In this document: positions 1 through 12,435 of the stretch, piece after piece | Position numbering within the stretch: position 1 is the first letter of the stretch | How the letters are laid out: the number at the start of each line of letters is the position of its first letter | Assembly (NCBI RefSeq): GCF_963921235.1 | Contig: NC_086097.1 | Coordinates: 150,972,001 to 151,036,000, forward strand | DNA from: Mobula hypostoma | Taxonomy: Eukaryota | Direction of reading: 5' to 3' | Length of the DNA stretch: 64,000 nt | Position numbers and translations under genes: made by a program | Notes under the pieces: model-generated | What the model was told of the DNA's origin: nothing | Database searches by the model: none | Seen by the model: the letters and a program-made list of their open reading frames with translations, nothing else

Positions 1-149
1 TTTTGATTTTAAGCATAATGGTGGATTTAATCTACACCTCACTTTGAACTCCAGAATCTAGTTGAGTTTTAACGAATGTTTTCTATGTGACCTTGCTGCC
101 CATGTATTCTGTACATTTGGCAATTATCCCACATGCTTTCTTAACAATT

Positions 150-350
150 TTCAGAAGCCTGATGGTTGAGGGGTAATAACTGTTCCTGAACCAGGTGGTG
201 TGGGACTTGAGGCTTCTCTATCTCTTTCCCGACGGCAGCAGCGAGAAGAGATCATGGCCTGGATGAAGTGGGTCCTTCATGACGGATGGTGCTTTCACGT
301 GCCAGCGCTCCGTGTAGATGTGCTCAATGGTGGCCAAGGGATGCCATGAA
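150..350 (-). mobile_element. Rex1-like LINE 3' ORF fragment
   Basis: Motif ctgatggttgaggggtaataactgttcctgaac...ggcagcagcgagaagag is shared with 30940-31090 and corresponds to the C-terminal LPSGRR...SFFP region of Rex1 RT. Confidence 0.55.
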
Positions 351-479
351 ATGCCCTAAATGAGCAGGTCAAGGAAATCCTAATGCATCTTTGCTTATGA
401 TAAGAAAACAAGTCAGACAGACAGTTATAAAGCACTGAAGTATAGAAACAGGTCCTTTAGCCCATATAGTCTGTGCCAG

Positions 480-601
480 CACAAGGAAATCTGCAGATGC
501 TGGAATTTCAAGCAACACACATAAAAATTGCTGGTGAACGCAGCAGGCCAGGCAGCATCTATAGGAAGAGGTACAGTCGACGTTTCGGTCGCCAAGACAT
601 T
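480..601 (-). mobile_element. Penelope-like terminal fragment
   Basis: Near-identical to the termini at 26583-26703 and 32556-32690; 10-bp TSD TCTGTGCCAG at 470-479 and 602-611. Confidence 0.8.
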
Positions 602-1007
602 TCTGTGCCAGGCAGCTTTTCAGTCAACCCACACCCGGGCCGTAGCCTCCCATACCCCTCTCATTCAGGTACCTATCCAAACTTTTCCTAAATATTGCCA
701 TTGAACCTGCACTCATCAACTCCGCTGGCAGCCGTTCCACTTCACACCACCCTCTGAGGGAGGAAGGTCCCCATCAGATTCCCCATAAATATTTCACTTT
801 TCATCCTTAACTCAGTGTAATTCTCACCCAACCTCAGGAGGAAGAGCCTGTGTGTATTTACCCTATCTATACCCCTCAGAAGTTTGTATAGCTTGATCAA
901 TGCTCCTCTTATTCTCCTCTGCTCCATTGAATAAAGTTACTCAACCTTTCCCTATAACTCAGGTCTTCAAATCCTTGTAAATTTTCTCTGTACTCTTTCA
1001 ATGTTAT

Positions 1008-1818
1008 TCAAGTTCAAGTTCAACTGTACACCAGAATATAGCCAAATGAAACAATGTTCCTCTGAGGCCAAAGTGCAATACATAGCACCAACAGTCACAC
1101 ACAGCACATATAATTATGATAGAAGAGCAAACATGCAGTTACAAAAATTATATAAAAGATAATAATATAACCCAAGTCCGCAGGTGTCACGGCCCGTAGA
1201 TTGATGGTGCATGGATGCTGTCCTGGAGCCATGTTTCTTCAAGAACAAGCTGCAGCAGTTCCTCATTTCATGCATGTGCAGCCAAATGCAATCCAGCTTG
1301 TCTTGCACCGAGTAAACACTGGATAGCAACATTGACAGGTGAGGCCAGCATCCAAACCCTTGCACAACCCAGGGGCACACAGCTCGCTCCGGCATCCCCT
1401 TCGCCAGTGACCACAACCAACGACCCTGAGGCCTGAGGGCCTTGTCTCCATAGCAACCGAGGCAACACAGCTCCTCCTCCATCTGCCTTGCCAATGAACC
1501 AGTGAATCATTCTCGCAGAATTCTACTTTATCAATGTCCAACACAGTATTGGTGATCACAAGAGAAACATCTGAGCCAAACATCCCCTACCATTTGTTGG
1601 CTTGCATTCTGCCTGGTTGGCTGCAGCACAGTGCGCAAAAAGTCCAACTCCATCACTATCCAGCAACTTGCTAGCAGGGTAGACCCGCCATGCTTGATGT
1701 TCTTATTATTTAGCAGTCTTGCGATCATAAAAAAGGCATAATGGATGAACAATTGCACCTTTGTTTGGACCCAGAAAGGCCACTGTGTCCAAGCACGCCG
1801 CCATCTCACTGGACGTAA
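1008..1818 (-). mobile_element. Internally deleted Rex1-type LINE derivative (~810 bp)
   Basis: On the minus strand: 5' AGATGGCGGCG motif near 1800, endonuclease-start remnant VQDKLDCIWLHMHEMRNCC, then a jump to a (CTTGAA)n tail at ~1008-1023. Confidence 0.6.
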
Positions 1819-1895
1819 GGTATCTTTCCTGTTAGTTAGGTGACCATAACTACACACAATACTCCAAATTTTGCGTCTCCAACATCTTGTAGAAC

Positions 1896-4800
1896 ATGGT
1901 TGGGGGGTGGGAATCAAATTAAAGAGGCTAGGCATGAGGAGGTTAGTTCACAACAGAGGGATGGGAACCACTGCAGAGAGACAGAGGGGTGTAAAGTGAG
2001 GGTAGAAGCAAAAAGTACAAAGGAGAAAAGTAAAAGTGGCAGGCCGACAAATCCAGGGCAAGCATTAAAAAGGGCCACTTTTCAACATAATTGTATAAGG
2101 GCTAAGAGAGTTGTAAAAGAGCGCCTGAAGGCTTTATGTGTCAATGCAAGGAGCATTCGTAATAAGGTGGATGAATTGAAAGTGCAGATTGTTATTAATG
2201 ATTATGATATAGTTGGGATCACAGAGACATGGCTCCAGGGTGACCAGGGATGGGAGCTCAACGTTCAGGGATATTCAATATTCAGGAGGGATAGACATGA
2301 AAGAAAAGGAGGTGGGGTGGCGTTGCTGGTTAAAGATGAGATTAACGCAATAGAAAGGAAGGACATAAGCCGGGAAGATGTGGAATCGATATGGGTAGAG
2401 CTGCGTAACACTAAGGGGCAGAAGACGCTGGTGGGAGTTGTGTACAGGCCACCTAACAGTAGTAGTGAGGTCGGAGATGGTATTAAACAGGAAATTAGAA
2501 ATGTGTGCAATAAAGGAACAGCAGTTATAATGGGTGACTTCAATCTACATGTAGACTGGGTGAACCAAATTGGTAAAGGTGCTGAGGAAGAGGATTTCTT
2601 GGAATGTATGCGGGATGGTTTTTTGAACCAACATGTTGAGGAACCAACTAGAGAGCAGGCTATTCTGGACTGGGTTTTGAGCAATGAGGAAGGGTTAATT
2701 AGCAATCTTGTCGTGAGAGGCCCCTTGGGTAAGAGTGACCATAATATGGTGGAATTCTTCATTAAGATGGAGAGTGACATAGTTAATTCAGAAACAAAGG
2801 TTCTGAACTTAAAGAGGGGTAACTTTGAAGGTATGAGACGTGAATTAGCTAAGATAGACTGGCAAATGACACTTAAAGGATTGACGGTGGATATGCAATG
2901 ACAAGCATTTAAAGATTGCATGGATGAACTACAACAATTGTTCATCCCAGTTTGGCAAAAGAATAAATCAAGGAAGGTAGTGCACCCGTGGCTGACAAGA
3001 GAAATTAGGGATAGTATCAATTCCAAAGAAGAAGCATACAAATTAGCCAGAGAAAGTGGCTCACCTGAGGACTGGGAGAAATTCAGAGTTCAGCAGAGGA
3101 GGACAAAGGGCTTAATTAGGAAGGGGAAAAAAGATTATGAGAGAAAACTGGCAGGGAACATAAAAACTGACTGTAAAAGCTTTTATAGATATGTAAAAAG
3201 GAAAAGACTGGTAAAGACAAATGTAGGTCCCCTGCAGACAGAAACAGGTGAATTGATTATGGGGAGCAAGGACATGGCAGACCAATTGAATGATTACTTT
3301 GGTTCTGTCTTCACTAAGGAGGACATAAATAATCTTCCAGAAATAGTAAGGGACAGAGGGTCCAGTGAGATGGAGGAACTGAGCGAAATACATGTTAGTA
3401 GGGAAGTGGTGTTAGGTAAATTGAAGGGATTGAAGGCAGATAAATCCCCAGGGCCAGATGGTCTGCATCCTAGAGTGCTTAAGGAAGTAGCCCTAGAAAT
3501 AGTGGATGCATTAGTGATAATTTTTCAAAACTCGTTAGATTCTGGACTAGTTCCTGAGGATTGGAGGGTGGCTAATGTAACCCCACTTTTTAAAAAAGGA
3601 GGGAGAGAGAAACCGGGGAATTATAGACCGGTTAGCCTAACGTCGGTGGTGGGGAAACTGCTGGAGTCAGTTATCAAGGATGTGATAACAGCACATTTGG
3701 AAAGCGGTGAAATGATCGGACAAAGTCAGCATGGATTTGTGAAAGGAAAATCATGTCTGACGAATCTCATAGAATTTTTTGAGGATGTAACTAGTAGAGT
3801 GGATAGGGGAGAACCAGTGGATGTGGTATATTTGGATTTTCAAAAGGCTTTTGACAAGGTCCCACACAGGAGATTAGTGTGCAAACTTAAAGTACACGGT
3901 ATTGGGGGTAAGGTATTGGTGTGGGTGGAGAATTGGTTAGCAGACAGGAAGCAAAGAGTGGGAATAAACGGGACCTTTTCAGAATGGCAGGCGGTGACTA
4001 GTGGGGTACCGCAAGGCTCAGTGCTGGGACCCCAGTTGTTTACAATATATATTAATGACTTGGATGAGGGAATTAAATGCAGCACCTCCAAGTTTGCGGA
4101 TGACACGAAGCTGGGCAGCAGTGTTAGCTGACAGGAGGATGCTAAGAGGATGCAGGGTGACTTGGATAGGTTGGGTGAGTGGGCAAATTCATGGCAGATG
4201 CAATTTAATGTGGATAAATGTGAAGTTATCCACTTTGGTGGCAAAAATAGGAAAACAGATTATTATCTGAATGGTGGCCGATTAGGAAAAGGGGAGGTGC
4301 AACGAGACCTGGGTGTCATTATACACCAGTCATTGAAAGTGGGCATGCAGGTACAGCAGGCGGTGAAAAAGGCGAATGGTATGCTGGCATTTATAGCGAG
4401 AGGATTCGAGTACAGGAGCAGGGAGGTACTACTGCAGTTGTACAAGGCCTTGGTGAGACCACACCTGGAGTATTGTGTGCAGTTTTGGTCCCCTAATCTG
4501 AGGAAAGACATCCTTGCCATAGAGGGAGTACAAAGAAGGTTCACCAGATTGATTCCTGGGATGGCAGGACTTTCATATGAAGAAAGACTGGATGAACTGG
4601 GCTTGTACTCGTTGGAATTTAGAAGATTGAGGGGGGATCTGATTGAAACGTATAAGATCCTAAAGGGATTGGACAGGCTAGATGCAGGAAGATTGTTCCC
4701 GATGTTGGGGAAGTCCAGAACGAGGGGTCACAGTTTGAGGATAGAGGGGAAGCCTTTTAGGACCGAGATTAGGAAAAACTTCTTCACACAGAGAGTGGTG

Positions 4801-5030
4801 AATCTGTGGAATTCTCTGCCACAGGAAACTGTTGAGGCCAGTTCATTGGCTATATTTAAGAGGGAGTTAGATATGGCCCTTGTGGCTACGGGGGTCAGGG
4901 GGTATGGAGGGAAGGCTGGGGCGGGGTTCTGAGTTGGATGATCAGCCATGATCATAATAAATGGCGGTGCAGGTTCGAAGGGCCGAATGGCCTACTCCTG
5001 CACCTATTTTCTATGTTTCTATGTTTCTAT
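1896..5030 (+). mobile_element. Young CR1 LINE, 5'-truncated just upstream of ORF2
   Basis: Complete ORF2 region, 3' hairpin gggccgaatggcct and (TTCTATGT)n tail at 5009-5030. Confidence 0.95.
2100..4932 (+). pseudogene. CR1 ORF2: APE endonuclease plus reverse transcriptase, with two in-frame TGA stops (2899-2901, 4129-4131)
   Basis: ORFs 1840..2901, 2920..4131 and 4150..4932 share one frame; motifs [43 protein letters not shown]; true start uncertain. Confidence 0.93.
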
Positions 5031-5160
5031 AACAACCCAACTCAACACTCTGCTTTATGAAAGCCAAATTTTCAAAAGTTCTGTTTACGACCCTATCTAA
5101 CCATGATCCCACTTTCAATAAATTATGGATCTGTATTTCTATATCCCTTTGTTCTACTGC

Positions 5161-5560
5161 TGTCAAAATGTGCTGGCTATGTCAGAACCCAAACGTGGAG
5201 GAAAGACAGACTCCCACGTAGAAACGGCGACCAAAGTTTATTCATAATAATTCCAGCAGAAGATCGTTGGATTGGCTGAGAGACACCACAAGATGCAATA
5301 ATCTCAAAGCCTGGACCCTGTGATTAGCACTAAAGTGGGTGTCCACTTAACTAATGCAAGTAGTGTGGAATTCCTGAGCCTATCAAAATAAACGTAACAA
5401 GTTTAAACAGAAAGCATCAGGAGACCACATTATAAAGAATGAGTCACTCAAAAAAACAAGGAAATCTAAATGAATAATGACTTATTAAACAACAATTAAC
5501 TAATTCAGGTGCTCTATAATGTTCTCCGGCTCTCCACACAGGCCCAAAGAGCTTATTACA
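5161..5560 (-). mobile_element. Probable solo LTR (400 bp)
   Basis: TG...CA ends, imperfect 5-bp TSD ACTGC/ATTGC, interrupts CR1 sequence, AATAAA on the minus strand near 5237. Confidence 0.6.
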
Positions 5561-8500
5561 ATTGCACACCTCAGAGTCCTACCTTGCACTGTGTAAGTCT
5601 TCCCCTGGTTTGTCCTACCAATGTGCTGCACTTCACACTGCTCTGCATTAAGTTTCACCTGCCATTTATCAGTCCATTTTTCCAGCTGGTCTAGAGCTTC
5701 CTGCAAGCTTTGATAATCTTATTCGATGTCCACTACGCACCCTGTCTTGGTGTCATCCAGAAATTTGTTGAACCAGTTTAACACATTATCATCTGAATCA
5801 TTAATATAGCTGATAAACAACGACAGACTTCTACCCCTGCAGTACAGCACCAGTCAGAGAGACAGTCATCTACTACCATTTTGTGTCTTCTCCTGTTTTC
5901 TAGGATATCTAAGGAGAGGGGATGTCCACTCAAGAATAAATGAGGGCATTTGCTGAGCCAGTGTAAGTAGCTGAGGTACTGAATGAGTACTTTGTGTTGG
6001 TATTTCCTAAGGAAAAGGAATTAGTGAAAACAAAGTGGGGCATGATAATGCACTGGGACACTTTGAGATTAAGGAGGAGGTGGTGCTGGATCTTCTAAAA
6101 AGAATTAAGATGGATAGGTCCCCAGAGCCTAGTGGCATATATCCTATGATGTTGAAAGAAGCAAGTGAGAAGATTGCTGAGGCTTTGATAAAAATATTTG
6201 TGCCCTTGCTAGGAACAGTGAGATCATGGAGAACTGAAAAGTAGCAAATGTGTCTTTGTTCAAAATGGGAGATAAGAATAATCCAGGTAATTATAGGCCA
6301 GTGAGCCCTATTCAGTGGTAGGGAAGGTATTAGAGAGGATACTGAGGATTGGGATTTAAGCACGTTTGGAATAGCCTGCTTCAGACAATCCGTATGGCTT
6401 TACGCAGTGCAGGTCATACCTTTCAAACTTGATTGAGTTCTTTAGGATGTGATAATGATGCTCGATGAGGGTAAGACAGTGGATATTGTCTTCACAAACT
6501 TAAGTAAGGCATTTGATGAACTCTCCCCAGGAAGATGATTCGGAAGATAAAGCTACATGGGATCTAGGGTGAAACACAAGTTTAGATTTGGAACTGGCTT
6601 GCCAATAGAGGACAAGTAGGGGTGATGGGCTATTATTCTGACTGGAAGCCCTTGACCAGTGATGACCTGCAAGGATCATTGCTTGGACGTCTGTTGTTTG
6701 TGATATTCAGTATATCAATGATTTCAATGAAAATATAGGTGTGGATTATCAAGTTTATGGATGACACCAAAATTGTTGGAGTTGTGGACAGTGTAAAGGA
6801 CTTTCAAAGAATACTGGGATGTAGATCAGTTTCAGATATGTGTAAAGAAGTGGCCAATGAAGTTTAATTGACAAGTATTAAGTGTCGTACTTTGGGAGGT
6901 CAAATGGAAGGAAAAGGTACAGAGTTAATTGTAGACTGCTCAATAGCATTGAGGAAGAGGAGGATCTTTGGATCCAGGTTCATAGTTCACTGAAAGTGGT
7001 TGTGCAAGTGGATAAGATGTTAAGAAAGCATATTGAATGCATGCCTTTATTGGTAGGCGTGTTGAGTATTAGAGTAAGGAAGTCATGTTGCAAATCTGTA
7101 AAAAGTTACTCTGGCCACACATGGAGTATTGGGTGCAGCCTGGTTGCCACAATAGAGGAAGAATGTAGAGCCAATCTGAAGAGGTGCAGAAAAGGCCTAC
7201 CAGAGTGCTGCCTGGATTAGAGGGCATAAGACATAAAAATTGTTGGACAAAATTAGGTTGTTCTCCCTAGACCATTGAGACCAAGGTGAGATATGATAGA
7301 GCAGCCTTTCTCAACCTTTTTGCCTTGGAGGAACCCTTGAAATAAATTTCAGGTCTAACAAAACCCAATTTCCCCTGGGATTAATAAAGTATGGCTATGT
7401 CTATGACTACATTAGTGTGATCAGGAGATGTAGATATAATAATCCAAAATAATTGTCATTATTCTTTTGAGTAGGGAATGAATTTTTAGCCAACATTTCT
7501 TGAAAAGAAACCTTAAACTTAGCTTACCTTTCTTGCAATTACTGTTTCTCTTTCATACATTTTAAAAACTCATAAGGCAAACATAATATATTTCTCAGTT
7601 CTGGGTCAAACTTCAGATGAGTATTCACAGATTTCACCTTCAACTGAAATGAGATGATTTCTATCCTTGCTCTTGATGCTTGTTAAACAAGATAAAGCTT
7701 GCTCATACATGTAAGAAGTTGATAACTGTAGCAAAATGTTCATTGCTTTCCTATGAATGGCAGGATACTCTTCTTTCACAGAAAGCCAGAACTTGTCCAG
7801 GAGCAGATCAGTAAATCTCATTTTGAGTGCATGATCAGACTGCAGCTTACAAAGTTCCTCCTCTTCTTTCAAAGTCAAGTTCTCAGGCTGAGCAGAGGAT
7901 TCAGAGGAAGGGTCCCTCACTCAGTCATACACTTGTGTTGAAAGGGAGGAAAAATACTGTTCAATTTTGTTCTGCAGTTCTTCCGGGTGATTTTCAATAT
8001 GACTTGAGACCTTCTGATATCCTTCCTCACTGTCAAGCCCAAGCCACAATGGACACATTTCAAGATTTACTTTTGCAACATGATTTTTCCAAAGATTCAG
8101 TTTCCTTTTAAATCCAAAAATCTTGTCACTTGAAGTTGAAACATTTTCTCCAGGGACTTGTTCAACTGGTTCATATGATGAAAAATGTGTTATGTAGGCT
8201 AGTTTCTGTAGCCATTCTACATCTTCAAAGCAGTAAGCAAAATCTGCCCTACTATTTTCTTGGAAGTACTCCTGCTATTCACTTTTCAGTTTGAACACCC
8301 TGTTGAGAACTCTTCCACTGCAAAGCCACCGGATTGCTATATGTAGCAGGAGATTGGTGTGCTCTTTGTCCAGATTTCCACACACTTTTTAAAAATAATC
8401 TCCAGTGAACTGATCTTAATGCTCCTAAAAAACTTTCTTCCTGAAGCTTTTTACTTAACTGAGATTTTATTTTCTGTTTGTTTTGAGATTCCAATTGTCA

Positions 8501-9968
8501 TTTAAAATAATCAGCACTTTTATGTGTTACTTGGCTGTGATTTGTAGTTAAGTGTCTTTTCGATTTTGCTGGAGCCATTGTTACATTTGTAAGTTATTTG
8601 CCACAGACTAGGCAGAGAGGAATAGGACAATTTGGATCACCAGTCCATGGAAAACCCATTGATAAGTAGCTTTCATTGATTACTTTAGACCCGCCCACTG
8701 CTTTTGTCTCCTGGACCCAGAAGAGACTGGTGGACTTCTTCTGGGGCAACAGGAGGCATTGGGTCTCTGCTGCAGTCCTGAGTCTTCTGATCACAGAGGG
8801 CAGTCAGTCATTAGTGGGTGTGTGCACCCAGCTGTTGGCTCTTCACCTCAGGACCCTGAGGAGATACCTATACAGTGACCACCCCCTGAGATGGCATGCA
8901 CGGGCGTCGCACTTCCTCTGCAGGGATACTGGCTGCGGGAGGACTCACAGCTTCCCACAGACAGCATCAGCTGCGCTGCTTTGAGGGATCTGCCTCAGTT
9001 TTACCAAGAGCTGTTGAGAGTATGGGAGTCTAGTCTCATCCAGACTGGGTCCTCCTGCACCGGTGGGGGACGGTGCCCTAGCTGCGAGGGGACTGGACCC
9101 ATCCTATCATGGCAGGTGTCGAGGGGTGTGGGGAAGTGGAGGGGCTCCAGCTGCACCACCACCCGATGGGCTGGAAGCTCATAGGACCCAGGCCTTGGGA
9201 TGCTACACAAGACAGGAACCCACACAACATGAGCTGACTCACAAGGATGCCCACTGTGCCCTTCTGTGATGCTCCAAAGTGTTTCTTGTACGGACTGCTC
9301 CTGCACGTCTTTCACTTCCCGGCCTTCGTCTATGGAGCAGACTCAGCTTGCTGGTCTGCTTCACCATCCGGCAGCGGGGGAAGTCCCCGGTGGAAATCTC
9401 TTTATGCAGGGGTCTTTCCTCTATACATTGGAGACCTGGAATGGAAGGTGTTGGATAGGGCAGTACCGTACAACAGGGTTTTGAGTAGGTTCACCGACAC
9501 CCCGTCCACCTGTCATTTTATGGCCGGAAGGAGTCAGTGTACCACCCTTATATGGAGTGTGAGAGGTTGCAGGCCCTGTTTGAGTATTTGAAGGGGCTGC
9601 TGCTCAGATTCTGGTTGCATTTCAGTCCCACACTCCTTATAAACGGGCATCCAGTAAGGAAGGGGGCAGATTGCAAAAGGATCTACTGGTGGGCTTGCTC
9701 CTGGGCCTGGCCAAGATGGCCATCACGGGTCTAGGTGGCAGAAAGTCAAGGGCTCTGCCAGGGCCGACTCTCTGCCCCTCTTCCGAGGATACATTTGTGC
9801 TCGGCTGCCCTTGGAGAGGGAGCATACGGTCACAACGATTACAGTGGGGGATTTCCGGGAGTAGTGGGCACCCCAGGGAATTGACTGTTTTATAGACAGT
9901 AGTAATCATATTTTGATTTGAATTTATTCATAGAATTGTAAATACTGAATGTTGGTACTTCGTGTATT

Positions 9969-10288
9969 TGTAACACCCTGTCAATGTAATGGTCTTTCTG
10001 TAGAAGCAGTGTTTGGGTTATGGTTAGAGATAACCATCCAATGAAGGGAATGTATTTTCATGCTGTGTACCCTGACACCAAGGTGATCTGGATCGAGGTG
10101 TTCGGCGGGAGTTGGAGAGGAGAGATCGTAGGAGTGGACTTGGAGTGGGGCTGGGAGTTGACGAAGCCCGGGGAATTTGATGGAGGATTGGCAAAGGGGG
10201 TCTCGGCTGAACTTACACCTCAATCTCACACGTTTAGTGGGTGAGAGATTGTCTTCCATAGACTTACACAGCCACTAGCTGAAACTGA
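9969..10288 (+). repeat. Gypsy 5' LTR (3' end eroded)
   Basis: Aligns by eye to 12079-12435 (aatgtaatggtc...tctgtagaagc; cttacacctcaatctcaca; gagagattgtcttcc). Confidence 0.85.
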
Positions 10289-10305
10289 GGGGGCTCATCC
10301 GGGAT
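10289..10305 (+). promoter_or_regulatory. tRNA-Pro primer-binding site
   Basis: GGGGGCTCATCCGGGAT versus canonical PBS-Pro TGGGGGCTCGTCCGGGAT, directly after the 5' LTR. Confidence 0.8.
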
Positions 10306-10411
10306 TGATTTCATTGGCTGCTGTGTGATTTCCCTGAGCATTGAACCAGTTGGTTGTGTGTTTAAGTCTGTGCTAAACTATTGTCTGGTAAAGTGATTAC
10401 GATACGTGGGT

Positions 10412-10900
10412 ATGGATGCTGCCAAGATTGAGCAGTGGTGTGAATCCACGGGGTTACTGGTAACGTATGTGTGCATGCTGAGTGGGGTAGATAGTCATAC
10501 TCCTGATGAATCGTTAATTCGATTTTTAAGTACTGTTAAATCTGTAGGGAAAGTTACAATTGTGGGGTAGAGGTCTGATAAAATGATGGGACAGACTTTG
10601 TTTTAGTCCAGACTAGGGCTGACGTAACAGCAGTAGAACTTCCTGGTACTACTGGAGCGGAGGGGCCGTGGACTGTCCATACGTTCTGGCAAAAAGAGAG
10701 TGTAGGGGAACGGGCCAAATCACAAATCGAGTCTCCTGTAGCTGGGGGCGGAGCCTTCAAAGACAGGGTTCTCTCGTTTCTATGGAGCGAGGGGAAGGAG
10801 TGGTCTGATTTAGAATGTCTAATGAGTCCCCGTACCCCAGTGAAGAGTGAGAATTCTGAGGTAGTATCAGCCCTTACCTCTCTGGCGAATAAATGGCCCA
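10412..10900 (+). pseudogene. Gypsy gag N-terminus, PNMA/MOAP1-like
   Basis: MDAAKIEQWCESTGLLVTYVCMLSGVDSHTPDESLIRFL... and VLVQTRADVTAVELPGTTGAEGPWTVHTF resemble the PNMA N-terminal domain. Confidence 0.65.
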
Positions 10901-11099
10901 GTACACAGGCAGAGGGGATGCAAGGGCAGGATCGATCGGTGGATCAATTGGGAGCTTCTGATGACGCCATTCCACAAGCTTACTGTAACCTGACTGCTCT
11001 GAAGACAAACCAGTTACTGGAATTGAGTCCTGGGGAAGTGGTGCTGCTCAGCAAGGTAACCCGGGCATCGGTACCATTTGGTCAGCCATCGAAAAGGGA

Positions 11100-11341
11100 G
11101 ACATGGCCCAAGTGGAAAATATGAAACACGCTGCGGTGCCTCCATTACTGAGAGAATGGCCCGGAATGGAGTTGAGGAACCAGATCCTATACTGGGTCAC
11201 ATCGCCTCCAGACCGGCTTTGGCGTTCTTAGCTGGTTCTGCCTGAGAAGTATCAGAGGATTGTGTTGAAGTCACTTCCTGATGATTCTGGACATTTGAGG
11301 GGTGAAAAGACCTATGGATTCCTCAGAGATCAGTTCTACTG
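11100..11341 (+). pseudogene. Gypsy integrase N-terminal zinc-binding region remnant
   Basis: LLREW...ILY...LVLPEKYQRIVLKSLPDDSGHLRGEKTYGFLRDQFYCP (degenerate H-x4-H...FYWP motif). Confidence 0.8.
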
Positions 11342-11600
11342 CCCCCGACCAGTATATCGTCCCAAGGATTGAAGACGCGCTGGCTTGTCTGAGTGGTGCG
11401 AAATGGCTCAGTGTGCTGGACTTGAGGAATGGATACTACCAGATCCCCATGAGTGAGGCTGACAAAGAGAATATGGCATTTATATGTCCACTGGGATTCT
11501 TCCAGTTCAAAACGATGTCCCAGGGCATATTGGGAGTCCCTGTGACTTACCAGTGTGTCATGGAGAAAACAGTGGGGGATATGAACCTGCATGAGGGAAT
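11342..11600 (+). pseudogene. Gypsy reverse transcriptase fragment
   Basis: PDQYIVPRIEDALACLSGAKWLSVLDLRNGYYQIPM...AFICPLGFFQF..MSQGI. Confidence 0.9.
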
Positions 11601-12065
11601 GATTTGTGTGGTATATGCTGCCGTTTGTTAAGTCCCCACTGATTGAAGAAGAGATTCCCAACCCTTCTCACGCTGAGTCAGGTGAAATCGGGGGGTTATC
11701 TGTGGACAGAATGGGTTTCAGTGGGACACTGAAAGGGATGAGGCAGGGTTCAGCCAAGGGACAGAAGGGTCTGAGTTGCAGGAGGGCAGGAGTGATAGAC
11801 TGGGGTTGGACTTCACATCTCGCCATGTAGGCCAGATGTATCCCCAGTGGTGTCAGAACATGAAGAGGTAGGTGAGGGGGTAAGGGGGTTGCAAAGAATC
11901 AAGAGAGAACCAGATAGGCTGGCTTATGTAGCACCGAGGAAACAGAGTGTGGCACCTATCGCCCTGGGGAGCTATGTCACTGTCTTTTACAGTCTGGGCT
12001 AGACTTTGTGCTTTGCATGAAGGGCTGGCAAATTATCTAAATGGTATGAGAACATGACTAATTTT

Positions 12066-12078
12066 GGTGGGGGGAGAG
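12066..12078 (+). promoter_or_regulatory. Polypurine tract
   Basis: GGTGGGGGGAGAG immediately before the TG of the 3' LTR. Confidence 0.8.
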
Positions 12079-12435
12079 TGTAACACCCCGGGAAAGGTTT
12101 CACTGCTAATGTAATGGTCCTTCTGTAGAAGCTGTGTTTCGGTTATGGTTAGAGATAATGGGTGCTTTGGAATGTGAGCCATCCAAGGAAAGGAGTGTGT
12201 TTTCGTGCTGTATGCCTGACAGCGAAGTGATCTGGGTCTTTTGTTTGGCAGGAGATGGAGAGAGAAGACACAGGAGAGGAGAGATCATGGGAGTGGACTT
12301 GGATTGGGGCCGGGAATTCGATGGAGGATCAGCGAAGGGGGTCTTGGGTGAGCTTACACCTCAATCTCACATGTTTGGCAGGGTGAGAGATTGTCTTCCC
12401 TAGACTTACGCAGCCAACAGAGCCTGAGAGTTACA
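12079..12435 (+). repeat. Gypsy 3' LTR
   Basis: TGTAAC...GTTACA, followed by TSD TATT. Confidence 0.9.

Larger units (their letters stand above)
435..5895 (-). mobile_element. Old CR1 LINE 3' part, split by four later insertions (pieces ~435-479, 602-1007, 1819-1895, 5031-5160, 5566-5895)
   Basis: Minus-strand ORFs 742..927 (RRIRGALIKLYKLLRGIDRV) and 5500..5706 (LDQLEKWTDKWQVKLNAEQCEV) are consecutive CR1 ORF2 C-terminal segments; pieces rejoin once the inserts are removed. Confidence 0.75.
9969..12435 (+). mobile_element. Internally deleted and rearranged Ty3/Gypsy LTR retrotransposon (2.47 kb)
   Basis: TGTAACA starts at 9969 and 12079, GTTACA end at 12435, 4-bp TSD TATT (9965-9968 / 12436-12439), primer-binding site (PBS), polypurine tract, and gag, integrase and RT remnants. 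Confidence 0.92.

Noticed and set aside
2265..4955. Long minus-strand ORFs (258, 134, 93 aa) overlapping CR1 ORF2
   Set aside because: Antisense shadows of a TE coding frame; similar ones recur opposite other CR1 copies and show no independent domain
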